Source of the DNA: Novakomyces olei
Taxonomy: Eukaryota
Direction: 5' to 3'
Length of the DNA: 64,000 bases
Assembly (NCBI GenBank): GCA_016906335.1
Contig: JADEYG010000007.1
Span: 1,674,001 to 1,738,000 of the forward strand
In this document: positions 26,166-42,520 of the stretch, one piece after another
Numbering within the stretch: position 1 is the first letter of the stretch
How the letters are laid out: each line of letters starts with the position of its first letter
Notes under the pieces: generated by a model
Told to the model about the DNA's origin: nothing
The model's database searches: none
The model's input: only the letters and a program-made list of their open reading frames with translations
Position numbers and translations under genes: made by a program

Positions 26166-27928
26166 TTACCCTACTATTACCCTCAAGGCTGTGTACATTA
26201 TACCAGTAAGCAAGAATGGCAAGATAAAAGTGAAAAAAAACAGGCCCGGCTCTCGTTTAGGGTGCGCCAGCATCTCGTTCATAGCAGAATCAAGACAATT
26301 TGACATTGCATCAGTAGAAAAAACGGATATAACGCGTTCCCTGCCAGCTTTACCCATTGCTTCAAGAGCAGATTTGTCTTGGAATAAGCTGTCGCCCATA
26401 ACTTTAGCCCACTCTTGCTCGTCTGCATCACGCAGCCAGCCTGTGACCCCATCGACGACACTCTCAGTGGGCCCACCATTGTTTTGTGCCAATACTGGAG
26501 TCTCGACCAGCATGGCTTCTATAGGAACAATGCCAAAATGCTCATTTGCAGGGGTATAAGCAAGTATACGAGAAATTTGCAGCAGCTCGTCTCGGACTTT
26601 AGAGGAGACAGACAAAGCAAATACGACATTTGCATCTCGGGGTACATTTCCGTCCGAGTCTCCGGGGAAACGAGTGTAAGTTTTAAGACCATTAGCCAGG
26701 CATAACTGATCCAATTCGTTGTGATATAATACGTTCTCCTCAACTCTTAAATCATATCCACCTAATTTGTTAGCTTGCTAGCGAAAAAATTCGTGAAAAG
26801 ATTACCAGCTACTACAAGTACACACTCTTTAAAGCGAGGATTGTTCGTAAGTATTATGAAAGCTTTCACCGCAAGCTCAATGTTCTTCTTACGTTCGAAA
26901 CGGTTGATCGAGAGTACAATACGGCGATCGCTGTGGCAATTAGAAAAGGTTCTAAAAGAATAAAAAAAAACCCAATTTTTAGGACAATATTGAATATTTG
27001 TAATAGACTTAGGGAAGAATTTTGCCAGGGAAAAAAACCACACGTACATCAAAGAGGGACGACATGGGCGACAAGGGGATAAGTGGATAATCAAGAGCAG
27101 GGGAGGGTATGATCATCAATATGTGTCGAGTAAACAGAGCGTACTCTTTCAAGCAAATACAATCAAAGACAGTTATTAAAAAGAAATAAAATTTAAATAA
27201 AAGAACAATTCAAAATCGACTTACATTAGGGCATTTGCTAACGGACTTGTCGGCTTTGAATTGAATGATTTAATATCTACCGCCGGATAAACCACTCGGG
27301 GTGTCCGCTCCACGTTGGGAAAAGCCTTCTTAAAAATAGAGGCAGTAAATTTGCTATTAACCACGATATCATCAGCCATATTCGTGGTGTAGCCTTCGAT
27401 CCAATCAAACGGAACACGGTAAAAATTCTTTAGCCAGCTCGTGCGCAGCGAAAGGTACTTGTCCGGAAAGTGACAGTACATCATCACGCGCGCATTTGTT
27501 TTAAATCGCAAAATGGGAATACTTGCAGACAATTGATCAATGAAAACGGCATCGTAGTCTGGACAGAAAAATAAGAAAAAAAGACTTAATTCCATTTGAC
27601 GTAGAATAGCACACGCAATAGCGAATCTGCCAAATATTGTCCGTGGTAACCAGTCGCCCGCTACTACAACCTTTACGAGACCTGAAAGGGTTAAAAACAA
27701 ATTGAGATTCTTTTATGATTATGATACCATTTTTAACTTCGTCAAAGCAATGGTCCAAATCGCAGTGAGATGTGTAAATGTCCACGTGATAGCCTTTCCT
27801 TTGCAGACCTAAAGCTGCATCCAGCACCAGTCGTTCTGCGCCACCTCAATGGTTAATTCATTCCAAACCCAGACTTTACCAATGCCGAGATCTGGATGGA
27901 CAAAGGCTACGCGTCTCTGTCCCGTCAT
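26166..27928 (-). CDS. ALG2: Alpha-1,3/1,6-mannosyltransferase Alg2, multi-exon
   Basis: FVHPDLGIGGAERLV, YCHFPD, SINRFERKKN, EHFGIVPIEAM. Confidence 0.95.
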
Positions 27929-27973
27929 CTCGAGGCCGTATGACAGTCAGAATATACGTGTCTCATTTAATAA

Positions 27974-28382
<409 letters not shown>

Positions 28383-28593
28383 TGGATACATGTACCGCCA
28401 TTCTCCCATATTTCTATTTGATTTATATAGCACACACGATATAAGCCGTTCCCTGTTTAAATTTACGGTAAAAATCTAGATAAAATATGTACCACGCTGA
28501 AAATAACAATATATAGGCAAATAACTAGAAAATCAAGCGCATAATATACCGTCTTGCCTCTACCAAGCGTTGTATGGCCTAGTAACACTCGGC

Positions 28594-29679
28594 ATGGAGG
28601 GCCTTTTCTTCAAGTAAGGACACGACTCTTGGCCGTATATATTCTAACTTATTAGCGTCGATGCCGGCTATGTAGAAGGATTAGTTCGCGGCTTCAAGGC
28701 AGCACTATTGGGCCAAGCGACGTATAGCAATCTGACGCAGTGTGAAACGTTGGACGATCTCAAGCTTCAGCTATCCGCGACCGAGTACGGAAGCTTTCTG
28801 GCCAATGTGCCTTCGCCCATTACGACGTCTGTAATTGCGGACAAAGCAACAGAGCGGCTAATTCAAGAGTTTCAGTACCTCAAAGCCCAAACGACTCATC
28901 CGCTATCCAAGTTTATGGCTTACATCACGTACAGCTATATGATTGATAATGTGGTTCTGCTGATCACGGGTACTTTGCACGAGCGTGATACGCATGAACT
29001 CCTTGAGCGTTGCCACCCGCTCGGTTGGTTCGAGACGCTTCCGGCTCTTTGTGTGGCGACCAATATCGAAGAACTGTACAATAGCGTGCTCGTGGAAACA
29101 CCACTAGCGCCTTACTTTAAAGACTGCTTATCCGCCGCTGATCTGGACGAGTTAAATATCGAGATTGTGCGTAATACGCTTTACCGAGCTTACCTGGAAG
29201 ACTTCTACCGCTTTTGCCGGACAGAGGTTGGGGGGCCAACGGCAGAGATTATGAGTGAAATCCTTGAATTTGAAGCAGACAGAAGGTCTATTAATATTAC
29301 GGTAAACTCTTTTGGCTCAGGCTTGTCCAAGGAGGAGCGGGCCAAGCTGTACCCGAAATTTGGAAGGCTTTATCCCGAGGGAATTGCCTTATTATCACGC
29401 GCAGAAGATGTTGATGCTGTACGTGTTGCTTGTGATGGTGTAGTAGAATACCGTCCGTTTTTCGATCAGTCGAGTGACGATTCTAAATCGCTGGAGGATT
29501 ATTTTTTTGAAAGAGAAGCTACACTGAATAAGCTGGCGTTCCTGTCACAGTTTAATTTTGCGATTGTGTACGCATGGACAAAGCTAAAGGAAGCAGAAGT
29601 ACGAAATATTACTTGGATTGCCGAGTGCATTGCTCAGAATCAGCGCGACCGTGCCAATAATTTTGTGTCGATTCTTTAG
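28594..29679 (+). CDS. VMA6: V-ATPase V0 subunit d; one short 5' intron
   Basis: [52 protein letters not shown]. Confidence 0.97.
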
Positions 29680-29823
29680 TCTATGCATACAAAATACTAA
29701 TAATGATTATTGTATTACCAATAGTAAATAATAAATTTTTATTAATTTACGAATGAATGTCTACTTTGAAGCTTTTTTCTTTTTTTTAATACACATTGTA
29801 CATTACGCTGAATGGCTACGACT

Positions 29824-30817
29824 TCATTCGATCTTTATATCATTCTGAGCGAAACCAGAGCTTGATGGGGAGGACGGAGACGAAGCGGCTGGCGACTGTT
29901 CCTTATTAACGACCACTTCAGCGTAAGATCGCTCTTTTGTAGCAGTGGGAGCGGTGGTACGAGGCCGTTTTTCGCCGTGCAGACGCCTGCGTAAAGCATC
30001 GACCATCTTGGAAAACCAAACAATATTAAGAATGTTTAAAGACATGTTAGCCACAAGATAGAGCAGGCCCAGCCACGAGGGCAGGTTTGCCCGTTCTTTC
30101 CAAATATCGCCTGTGTAAATTAGTCAAGAGCAAAATTAAAATATTGCGGGAAAACATACTAAACACATTGAATGCCATGTACCAGCCCCACAGAATTCGG
30201 GCCGAAAAGAATGAAAACATTAGAGCAATTCCGTTGTACAGTTGCATCCGTCCGCCAGTAAGACCCAATTTGTCCAGGAACCAGTGAATATTTACAAAGG
30301 GCGTAGACAGCTCAAAAAACAAAAACGCTGGGCCGTAATAGTTGAGGAATGGCCGAAAGCTAAAGAGGAACACGAAAAGGCTGGCGAATCCGTGCAGAGC
30401 GAATCCAGGTCCAAAGTATTGTATATATCGTAACGAGATAAACGTGTCCCACAAAAAGTACCCGCAAGCCATTGCGTACACGTCGCCAGCATAGGGCGAA
30501 TAAGCAAAGACTCGATCATTTTTCAGAGATGGATCTTGGGTTACGATAAGGGCGAGAGAACAGATCAAAAGGCATTGGCACATGCTGACGATATGGATGT
30601 CCCAGTTGAGTTTGGTGCGTTTTCCAGCGCGAGAATACGCCTGGACCCGTAGAAAACGCATCACAAACGGCGAGATTATGAATATCGCCTGATAAAACAA
30701 GGCAGCGCCTAAAAGTACATGAACATGCTCCGAAAGCAATGGCAAATTTAAGGCACGCGCAACGGGCTCTGTTGCCGAGCGCAACAGCACGGGAGCCGGA
30801 CGAAACAGCCGTTTCAT
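29824..30817 (-). CDS. TLC (TRAM/LAG1/CLN8) domain membrane protein, 2 exons
   Basis: GYFLWD, FELSTPFVNIHWFLDK, LNILNIVWFSKM. Confidence 0.85.
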
Positions 30818-31008
30818 ACCCCAAGCTTGGCTACTCGCCCAATATATCGTATGAATAAACCCAAATAGTTTGTCTTTCAGGCTGTCGTGTAACAGTCCGA
30901 AGAAAGTAGTTTAATGTATATATATGTACATATATGTACATATATGTACATATCCCACTCCTGTCTATGTTTCGGTGCGTATGGTCTATTTGAACTTTCG
31001 CCAAAAAT

Positions 31009-31089
31009 GGTTCCTTGATGTAGTGGTCAGCATAGCGGATTTTGATGATAAAGTTTCCGTTTACCCGAGTTCGAATCTCGGAGGGACCT
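31009..31089 (+). tRNA. tRNA-Gln(UUG) with 9-nt intron (31046-31054)
   Basis: Acceptor GGTTCCT/AGGGACC, D-arm TAGTGG, anticodon stem GCGGA/TCCGT with TTG at 31042-31044, T-loop GTTCGAATC, downstream T-run. Confidence 0.92.
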
Positions 31090-31413
31090 TCTTTTTTCTA
31101 TTTTTAATTTTTATAATCATCCATAGTCAAACGTCTACAATTGAAGTACGGGAAACATTTCGGTCCGCCGCCGTTATTAATTAAAATTTATTGAGAATAC
31201 ACCTGATTTTTTGCAACACGGTTGTACAGATATAGTGAGAGGGTTTTAGCGTAATAACATTATTACTGCATACTAATTTACGAGATACGTGATAACGTAC
31301 TGTATGAGGAAATAATGTTAAAAATAATAAGATTTATCATTATTGTTTAGTAGTAATCAGAATTTGTACGAGTTCGACTGCTTCAGGAGCAAAAGACATT
31401 CAGGCCAGTAATC

Positions 31414-34337
31414 ATGGCTCCATCAGAACGGAGCCATAAAAATCTGGGCCAGAGCGGTAGCAAGTACAGCCCATATACGAGGTCGCAACCGCGAACGCCT
31501 ATTCGTCAAAACGGCAAAGTGCCGGGAACTCGCAGTGTAAGCAGCCATTTACAGGCCACCCTTTCCTTTCTCTTTTTCTTTGTAAACCGAGATCCACGAC
31601 TAAATAATAGCCTCCGTCTAGTTTGTTACAGCGCGCAAAATCCTGGCTGACGCCGTGGCGACGGGGTCGCCCTCTGCCGGACGTGTACAACGAACCAGAG
31701 AATGTAGACAATCAAAAGACAGAAAAAGAGGAGGCAAATAATGGCAATAAAGACAGCACTGTCGGCGGCGATGACGATCGCTCAATGCTTGAGTATTCTC
31801 AAACACTAGAATATTCTCAAGGTTTACAAGATCTTGAACGGCTGGAGGAGAACCATAGCGAAATTCTTCTTGACAGCAAGACTCCCTCTGTAATTGCTCA
31901 ACCGCCATCAGAAATTCGGCCTTTTCGTCATAAAGGCTACGGACTCGACGATTTGTCTAATAGCGAAGCAGGATCAGACGAAGAAGAAGAAGGAGGCAGA
32001 AGCAGTCGGGGCCCTGGTGTGCCAGGCAGCGCCTTCAGAAACAATTCTGCCCGACTAGAACTTGATGCAGTAGAAGAGAAGCTATTGTTTGGAGGCACAG
32101 ATTCCGCATCAGACTCGCCGAACCGATCACTAGCACAATTTTTTGAAAATCATGGCGATAAGCCCCTGAACACTATGGAAATTGAAGGAGTAATGTCCGT
32201 TTTGCTACGAAGCACAGACAGGTCCCATACACCAACGGTGGCATTATCTCGGCAAAACTTGCACTCTATGCAAGAGCCATTGACGGATTCATCGCCGGCA
32301 TTCACTCGTACGTTTTCGCCGACAGCTACTCCACATGCGCATCTACCTCTCTCTTCTGGCAATCAAATAACACTGCCAGCAGAGCCTCGATCTATTGACT
32401 CAATACTAACAACAGGCCGCTATCCACTGCAGCCAGCCTCCGCTTCACCCTACAGACCTATTTTTTCCGCTGGAAACACCCCAAAGTTTCATATTGGATC
32501 AGTAAAGAGTCCTGATGGTAAATTGCCGTCAGCAAGACGCCCACTATTCCAAGGCCCTACACAGTCAACACCGTTTAAACGAAAGGTGACCATCAAATCG
32601 GCAGGTAGCCAAAGAAATGAAAAGGCTGCTGATCAGAAGCAGCCTTCTCGGCCCCTCACGGATACTATTGAAAGGGAACGCGTTCCGCGTAATGCCGAAG
32701 AATCTACTGGTAATACTTTTGCAGTTGAAAACAAACGTGAACTCGAGGAGACCCTTGTCCCCGCTGCAAAACGAAGGCAGACGCTGAGCACGAATACACC
32801 TGCCTCTACCTCTCAAGGTTCTTCTTCTCGATCTAATGTGCCTGCCAGCAAAACAGCCACGAGTATCCTAAATATTTTGAACGAACAGGAAGCAAAGCAG
32901 CCGTCTGTGAATGTGTCTGCATTTACCTCACCTTATGCAAAGCCTTTGTCATCGCCTCTTTTCACTTCAAAATCGGCCCCCAATAGTGCAAAGAAGGCTG
33001 TTGCACAGACAAATAATTTAAAAAAAAACAATAATATTAGTAATGATGAGGGTAGTAATCCTCGCAAGGCAGCACCGGCGCCGGCTAAGAGATCGGCAAT
33101 TGATGAAATGGAGCGAAGTTATTCCTACTCGACTCCATCAAAGAGTGGACAAAAACGGAGCAGTACGGGAGGGGCAGCATCAGCAGGGAAAAATCATCCG
33201 GATTCTATAAATTATCCTCCGTCACTGCGCTCTTATTTGCCTCCAAAATCTGCTCCACAAACGCCTTCTTCCGCAGCAATTACTTCAAAGTACCGACCTG
33301 TTCGGTCTTCAAGATTGACGAATGAAGTTACCAGGTCAGAGCCTCAAGAATTAGGCGAAGAAATCATCGAAGCTCCTATTATGAAAGCTTCTTTGGCCTT
33401 CCAGTCTGAGCAAGTGCCTCCTCCTGCTCCAATTTTTTCGTTTTCGGCTAGTAAATCAGCGGGAGATAAGGAAAAGGAGGAAAAGGAGGAAAAGGAAAAA
33501 GAAACGAATGATGAAGAAACGAATGATAAAGAATTTAAAGTGACTGCGCCATTATCGACCAATTCTTCTCCTTTTTCATTCAAGTTTGGTGCTTCCAGCG
33601 GAGAGGCAAACACGGCTAGTGCATTTGGGGGAAATGGTATAAATAGCGCGAGAGAAATAGACAGCGCAACTGCATTTGGTACAATTGCAACTGGTACCAG
33701 CACAAATTCCAGTCTTAACTTTAAGAAGAGCAGCAAACCGGTCGAAGAATTAACTTCAGAAAAGCTAAGCGAAAGATCTGGAACAACGGGAGGATTTGTT
33801 TTCCAGCCAAAGGCAAGTATCGATTCGCCAGAGTTTTCTTTTAAGGCCAATGAAGGAATCACGTCTAAACCTATTGGATTTAAGTTTGATTTATTCAAAT
33901 CTAATTCATCCACAACAGCTGAAACGGAGGCTGATATGCTAGAAAGGGGCGGCAGTAACTCTTTTAATGGCTTTGACTTTGGATTTGAAGGAGCAGGAGC
34001 ACAGGCTGGTTCTGTGGTTGATCAGTCTGAAAAGATCCCGAATTCGGTTCTAGATCGAAGCTTGGAGAATAATCAGGGTTCTAATCACAATCAAAATAAT
34101 ATTAATAATAATAAACAAAGCTCGGGCGGCCAAGAAAGTCCTGCTGACCAGAGCGACGATGCTGCTTCTCGCGCGCTTCAACTGAATATTGAAAAACTGC
34201 CTAAATATGAATTTAGCATTCTACCCCGAACGGCTCAACAGTCAGATGCAGCTGATCGCGCTGTTAAGGTCGCAGAATCGGAGTTATCTCGGCTTTACGC
34301 GTTTCCATTTACAATAAACGCAAAGAAAGAATCATGA
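31414..34337 (+). CDS. NUP60: Nuclear basket nucleoporin, Nup60-like; intron 31537-31610
   Basis: N-terminal SPY motif, NRSLAQFFENHGDKPLNTMEIEGVMSVL helical region, FxF repeats (FSF, FKF, FDF), LPKYEF. Confidence 0.65.
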
Positions 34338-34643
34338 TCAAGTGTATAATAAATTTTTTGATGTTTTCATTAGTTTATGATCATGCAGGAGGATATATAT
34401 ATGCTTGTGTGCATGCGCACAACTCAGTCGTCTAGTACTTAATGAGAATTAGCTTATATTATCAATGTGGAAACTAGAACACAGATCCAAATATTATCTA
34501 CAGAGATCTAACTGTATATATGATTGAATGAATGAATGAATGATTAATTAATTAATTAATTGATTATTTATTTATTTATTTAATTATTTAATTATTTGTT
34601 TATTTATTTGTAATCTTATGCCAATCTGAAAATATATATTGTA

Positions 34644-36237
34644 TCAATTTCCGTAAGTCCTTGCCAGAAAAGACTTGTACGACAACCCAATTTTGTGCAA
34701 TAAGAACGTGTTTTCCTCGTGTGTGCCCACAGTTATACGAAGGCAACCAAGACATCGTAATTCTTTCCCACGAAACCTGATAACGACTCCATGATTTTGT
34801 GCCATATCTTCATATACATAAAGAGCGGCTTCGTTTGACGCAGGTCCGCCAGGTCTATCAAGAACCGGGATCATTAAGAAATTTGCGTCTTGCCCCCCAA
34901 CAGGATGGCCAAGACCAGAAATCTTGGGCAGCTCATGGGCCAAGCGCTCCCTTTCTAGAATGATCTTTTTAACATTTTCATGGAGAATGCTTAATCCTTT
35001 CTCAGACAGAGCTTCTGCAGCGATCATTAATGTGTTTCTTGATACATTGTATGGAGTCTTCATGCAATTCATAATATGAATAATGTGAGGATGCGAGTAC
35101 GCCACGCCAAAGCTAATTGTCAGTGAGGTGACGTGGGCTTTTCAGTTTTTTTAATCAGTTTTTATAACCAAGAATTTTTCCTCAAAATTAAATAATTTTG
35201 TTTTTATTATTTGTATTTTTTTAAACTTTTGATATGCTTTAATATAATATAAAGTGGTCTAGTTTAATTCTTTATATCTTCTTTATATTTTCTTACCGAA
35301 TGCCTGCAAGACCGAATGCTTTAGAGAGTGTTTGTAACACAACAAGATTAGGGTGAGAATTGACAAGGCCCAGCATGGAATCGTTCGCAATATCGGTAAA
35401 GTCAATGTAGGCCTCATCTATGACAATAATCCCGTTAAAATCATTATAATCCAGTAGACGAGCGATATCCGCTTTATTGAGGCATCTGCCAGTCGGATTT
35501 CCCGGAGAACATAGTATAATCATTTTAATGTGAGAATCTTGTTTTAGAGTTTCCAAGATCTAAGTTGTTAGTGGGAGAAATGTAACAGATAAATACAATC
35601 AATGAAAAAGAATAAAATAAATTAATAACAATGTAATCAATGTCCTTACCTTAGCAGTATCTAGTTGAAACTCCTTCCCAACGAGCGGTACACGTAAGAC
35701 GCTTACATCGTTGACTTGAGCCGATACAGAGTACATGCCATAAGTAGGTGGGCACACGAGCGCTTTATCCTGACTGCCTGGGACGCAAAAGCAACGAAAG
35801 AGAGAGTCAATCGCTTCATCAGAGCCTGAGCCTGCAAAAACGTTATCCGGACTCAGTAAGTCTGAGGGCTCTAGCTGCAATTGCTCATTTCGATAGCGAC
35901 ACAATAAGCGCTTAACCTCAGATTGCCGTGGATCAGGGTACCGGTTCAACTCTACTGCCTGATATTTCTCACTGTCTACCAGGCATGACCCGTGTGTGTT
36001 TTCGTTTGCATCAAGAAGTACGCCTCTGTTATACTTGAGTATTCTGTTGGTCGTGATTGCGCTTCGGCGCTCGTTCACTTACTCTTCATAGTCGCTAGAA
36101 ATAAAACAAGGGTCAGATTTGAGCGGAAAAAAGCATATGTCTATGGATTGTAGATTCCCAGCTTACTCTCTTGCACATCGATAAGGTTCGAGTGCTAGAA
36201 TATTGCTCCTCGCGCATTTATTTATATCGAAAACCAT
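34644..36237 (-). CDS. HIS5: Histidinol-phosphate aminotransferase, multi-exon
   Basis: LEPYRCAR, LLDANEN, NRYPDP, GSDEAID, CSPGNPTG, DEAYIDF, TLSKAFGLAGIR. Confidence 0.95.
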
Positions 36238-36623
36238 CGTCGATCCTGCCGGCCACTAATGATAATCAGACAAATAATCTTTGACGACTGCTTTTATGTA
36301 TGGCTAAAAAAAATAATATTTAAATCGATCCAGGCGATTATCGCAAAAGACATTGGAGAGCGATAATGTACGTTAAATTGGTGGATGCGGCAGCAGTAGG
36401 AATAGTATATTATTATAAAGGTTTAGAATAAACATTATTTATAATTTTATATGTATATTAATATAAAATCCAACTGGTGCAAAAAAATTAATTTAACATT
36501 TCTGCACCTGAAAAGCATAAACCTTATACTATGGGCTCAGTATAGTACTATACAAATAATTTTACAACTAATAATTATACCACTATTTGTACCGTGAAAG
36601 ATACAGGAAGCCAGTTCTCATTC

Positions 36624-36637
36624 TAGGGTCAGGGTTA
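36624..36637. promoter_or_regulatory. Degenerate telomere-like motif TAGGGTCAGGGTTA upstream of COG8
   Basis: Direct read, ~95 bp upstream of ATG. Confidence 0.4.
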
Positions 36638-36729
36638 ATATATCAATGAAGCAAAACAACAATAATTTGGGTATAGCAGCCTTCGACGTGGGTCTTATGC
36701 TACAACTGTAAGCCGAATTCTGCACGGCA

Positions 36730-38229
<1,500 letters not shown>

Positions 38230-38406
38230 ATAAAATTTGATTGGAAAAATAAATAATAACGGTATCTAATGCTGTTCTGAAAGCGACACTATACGTAAAA
38301 CATACCAATACCTATATACTTAATGGCCTGCTGTAACGATTCTTGATAATTTTGTCTATTTGAATCACTGGTACTATGCTAAAGTTTACAAACCAAAATC
38401 TTTTGA

Positions 38407-39454
38407 TCAAATCCGAATAGGCCTGGTCACTGCCTCGTCTTCTAAGCCAAACTGAGGAATCACCTCAAAATATCGGTCTGGCTTATCCCGACGCAAGTAC
38501 CTGAGCAGTTTTGCACGCTGATTAACAAGCTTGCGCAGAGCCCTACGTCCAGTTTGATCTTTGTGGTTGATCTGGATATGATCGTACAGATGGTGTATTC
38601 GCACAGTGAGTACCGCGGCTGTCGAGTTAGAAACTGAAGCTAAATTACGAGCTGCTGAATTGTAATGGTTTAGAGCAAAACTTTTAAAAACAGAAAATTG
38701 TAAAATGTATTCAAATCGTGACATGATAATATTCAGTAAAAAGATCGCAAAAAATGCTCTGTTATTCGTCCTGCGTTCAACTTCCGGGCGAACCAAGATT
38801 TTCGTGTAGAAATATAATGTTTAATGGCGCAAATTGCAGACTATAACGGCACACGCTTCATGATCAATACATACCCTGAGCTTCCGGACTACCCGTATCG
38901 CCATCATGCCGCTCAAACTGTTTGACAGCGCGTTGAATATTGTATAATTCAATCGCTCGGCTATTGGCATTGCGCAAATCAGTAATTCTCGATATTGTCT
39001 CGCTCTTTTGCACAGACTCGACACGGATCTTTTCCAAATCCTCAAGGACCATCGATTTATCTAGATCCGAGAGACTTCCATCATTTTCGTCCAGGCGCCG
39101 TTGAATCAAAGCCTTTTCGGCGGCACTAATATACTCCGGCACCTGATTGCCCTGGAATAAGAACGCTGTGTTATATGCCGGCGACCTCTCAGCAAAAGCG
39201 CCAATAATCCGGCCCGGTTTCAGAATGCTGTCTGTGAAAGGTGTACTTTTCCCGATTATGGGGTCAACATCAACGAGCGCTCGTTCTTCCGCCAGTTCCT
39301 GCTGTCGCGCTTTCACTCTCCGTAGTTTTGCTGCTTTTTTTACTTTGTTTTTAACCTTGTACAGAGCATTCGAAGAATGAAATCCACGTGCAGTTTGCGT
39401 GCTGACAGCGAAGCTTGCCTGCGCTGGCGCCAAACGAAGCAACTGCCTCCACAT
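38407..39454 (-). CDS. MRPS28: Mitochondrial ribosomal protein uS15m, 2 exons
   Basis: Presequence-like N-terminus; DTGSPEAQ|AAVLTVRI, HKDQTGRRALRKLVNQRAKLLRYL S15 signature. Confidence 0.9.
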
Positions 39455-39777
39455 TGGGGCAGAGGAAAAGTTTGATTTTGCTCTGACGGCTCTTTTATCT
39501 GAAATAAATAAATAAATGAATAAATAAATAAATTATTTGTCAAGAGTACGGGTGATGCGTCTGCCAAGCAAGTATTTTGGCCATACTTTATATTTACAGT
39601 AGGCGGCTCTTTGTACGCATAGCAAGACTTGGCTTATATAGTATCTAACCATGTATATGTCAAACCCAAGCAATGCTAGAGGCAGAGTAAGATCAAACAG
39701 AAAAATTTATTGGAAAAGCATTAGAAAGAGCTGCCAAAAGTAAAAGCTCAACGCCGATCGCAAATAGAATCAGCGAA

Positions 39778-41605
39778 ATGCTCGTTCTTACTGGTACCGT
39801 GTTTCTAAACTCTATACTATTGCTAACCACCGTCTTTTTTTGCAACAGAAACGGCAGCAGGCTATGCCGTATTCAAGGCAAAAGACAAGCTGTTGAAGAA
39901 ACCAGAATCGCTGATTGAGGACTTGGAAACGGCTGAGGGCACCTCCAATGTCTTGAAATTGCAGGCGTTTAAAAAGTTTGAAAACACGGCAGATGCGCTT
40001 GAGAACGTTTCCGCCCTTGTTGAGGGCAAGGTGTCACCTAAACTTGCGTCTCTCTTGCAGGAACTCGCCGAGTCAAAAGGATCTCTTGTCGTCTCTGAGC
40101 CTAAGCTGGGTAAGATCTTTTTCTACTGTTTGAATATAAAGGGTTTGAATTTTGTTGGTATCTGTAGTGCCTTTTTTGGCTTTAATTCGTTCCTCAGTCC
40201 TTATTCTCCAATGTTTATCCTTCAAATCTTTATTTCTTCAATGTTCATCGCACATCATTTTTCTCGTTCTCTGTTCTCATCATCATTAGGCAATGCAATT
40301 AACAAAATTGACGGGCTCGATTTCCAGATAATCTCAGACAGTACAGTGCAAGACTTGTTCCGTGGAATTAAAGAGCACTTGTCCTCCCTGATTGTCGGCC
40401 TTGCTCCCCAGGACGTTGCCCAAATGTCCCTGGGCCTTTCTCACTCACTTTCTCGTCACAAACTAAAATTTTCCGCAGACAAGATTGATACAATGATCGT
40501 TCAGGCGATTGCACTATTGGACGATCTGGATAAAGAGCTAAATACTTATGCTATGCGAGTTAAGGAATGGTATGGGTGGCATTTCCCAGAAATGGCCAAA
40601 ATTGTTCAGGACAATATGGCGTATGCCCGTACCATAAGAGCAATGGGTCTTCGGACAAATGCGGCAAATACGGATTTCAGTGCTATTCTTCCCGATGATG
40701 TTGAAGCCAGTTTGAAAACTGCAGCAGAAATTTCTATGGGAACAGAGATTACGGATGAAGATTTGGAAAATATAATGACGCTGGCAGAGCAAGTCTTATC
40801 CCTATCGGAATATCGAGCTCAATTGTCGGAATATCTGCGAAATCGTATGCAGGCAATTGCTCCGAATCTGACTGTGCTGGTGGGAGAATTGGTGGGGGCC
40901 CGTCTTATTGCTCACGCTGGCAGCCTCATTAATTTAGCAAAAAGCCCTGCTTCTACTATTCAAATCCTCGGGGCAGAAAAGGCACTTTTTCGTGCGCTTA
41001 AAACGAAGCACGATACACCTAAATATGGATTAATCTACCATGCCAGTCTGGTGGGGCAGGCCTCTACTAAATCTAAGGGTAAAATTGCCCGTTTACTAGC
41101 AGCCAAGGCAGCTCTGAGTCTGCGTGTCGATGCTCTGACAGAGAAACCTGATGACGAGGCAGAAACAGCAGCAGAAGAAGACGTTTCCATCGGCATTGAA
41201 GCTCGTGCAAAAGTCGAGGCAAGGCTTCGTGCTTTAGATGGAGGCAAGATTGAAAAATTGCCTCAGTCAAGCCGACAGTCGTCCAAGTTTGAGCTTTTAC
41301 CTTCGAGCCAATATAATACCGGTGCAGATTCTGTTGCTAACACTGATGGATCAAGTGTTGGTGACAAGCCGAGCACGAAACGGACGCGGGATGACCAAGA
41401 TGGAGATTCATCTGCTGAAGAGGAAGAAGAGATCTCTACTGCTGTTAATGGTGTTAAAGAGGAGAAAAAGAGCAAAGAGCAGAGGAAAGCGGAAAAGAAG
41501 GCTAAAAAGGAAGCGAAAAAGAGAAAACTAGAGACAGGGGATTCAGACAAAGTGAAGGAAAAGAAGGCGAAGAAGGAAAAGAAAGAAAAGAAGGAAAAGA
41601 AGTGA
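39778..41605 (+). CDS. NOP58: Box C/D snoRNP protein Nop58; introns at ~39794-39848 and 40110-40289
   Basis: [50 protein letters not shown]-rich tail. Confidence 0.96.
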
Positions 41606-42153
41606 AGTTTGAGTATAATCATAAGAAAAACTTTTGGAAATGGGGTGGAAAATAAAAAATTTAATAGATCCAAAGGGAAGAAAAGGTTAGCTTTTAGCTT
41701 TACATGGAGACAAGCACTTGAACGATAATATCTCTTATCATTCGTCTTTTATACTCACCTGTCTCTCTTTTTTGGTTTATTAACTTTATTTGTCTTCAGA
41801 AAGATCGATTATTTTCTTGATCAATGGATTGTGTAGTGTAATACATGAATTTTGGGGTGAATAGAGACTTTGCACGTAAATTGTTTATTAAATATCTCCG
41901 ATTTCTGAGTAGATGTATAAGAAGTATCGGCGATTCGAGTAATGAAAAAGCTAGGGCCAAGTTTGGCCACTGCTTCTTAGTATTAGCCGAGATTAAGAAG
42001 AAAAATAATGGAATCACAACGCGATAGTCAATAAACTATATTAGGTCCGAGTCACGGCAGCATGCTTGATCTAATTGATATGAACAGCAGTAATCTGAAC
42101 TCTGCACTAGTATCTACTGGTTCGATTTATTAACTAATTAATTAATTAATTGC

Positions 42154-42252
<99 letters not shown>

Positions 42253-42253
42253 T
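42154..42253. repeat. (TTTA)n microsatellite at the gene/retrotransposon boundary
   Basis: Direct read. Confidence 0.9.
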
Positions 42254-42431
42254 TAATTAATTATTTGTGCCCACTAAACATTTCCTGATACCTCTTTCGC
42301 CTGCGTTGGATCATCATGGCTCTTGAGAATTCTAATCCACAGTATCTTTTTTTCTATATACAAAATATGTAATGGAACTTATACAGATGTAAACTTGTCG
42401 ACTTAGTTTATAGGGTAGTAATGTTCGTATA

Positions 42432-42458
42432 TGTTGAAATATGAATCTATTATCGCCT

Positions 42459-42520
<62 letters not shown>

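Noticed and set aside
26931-27222. Box C/D snoRNA in the long ALG2 intron
   Set aside because: A TGATGA is present on the sense strand but no downstream CTGA box D was found
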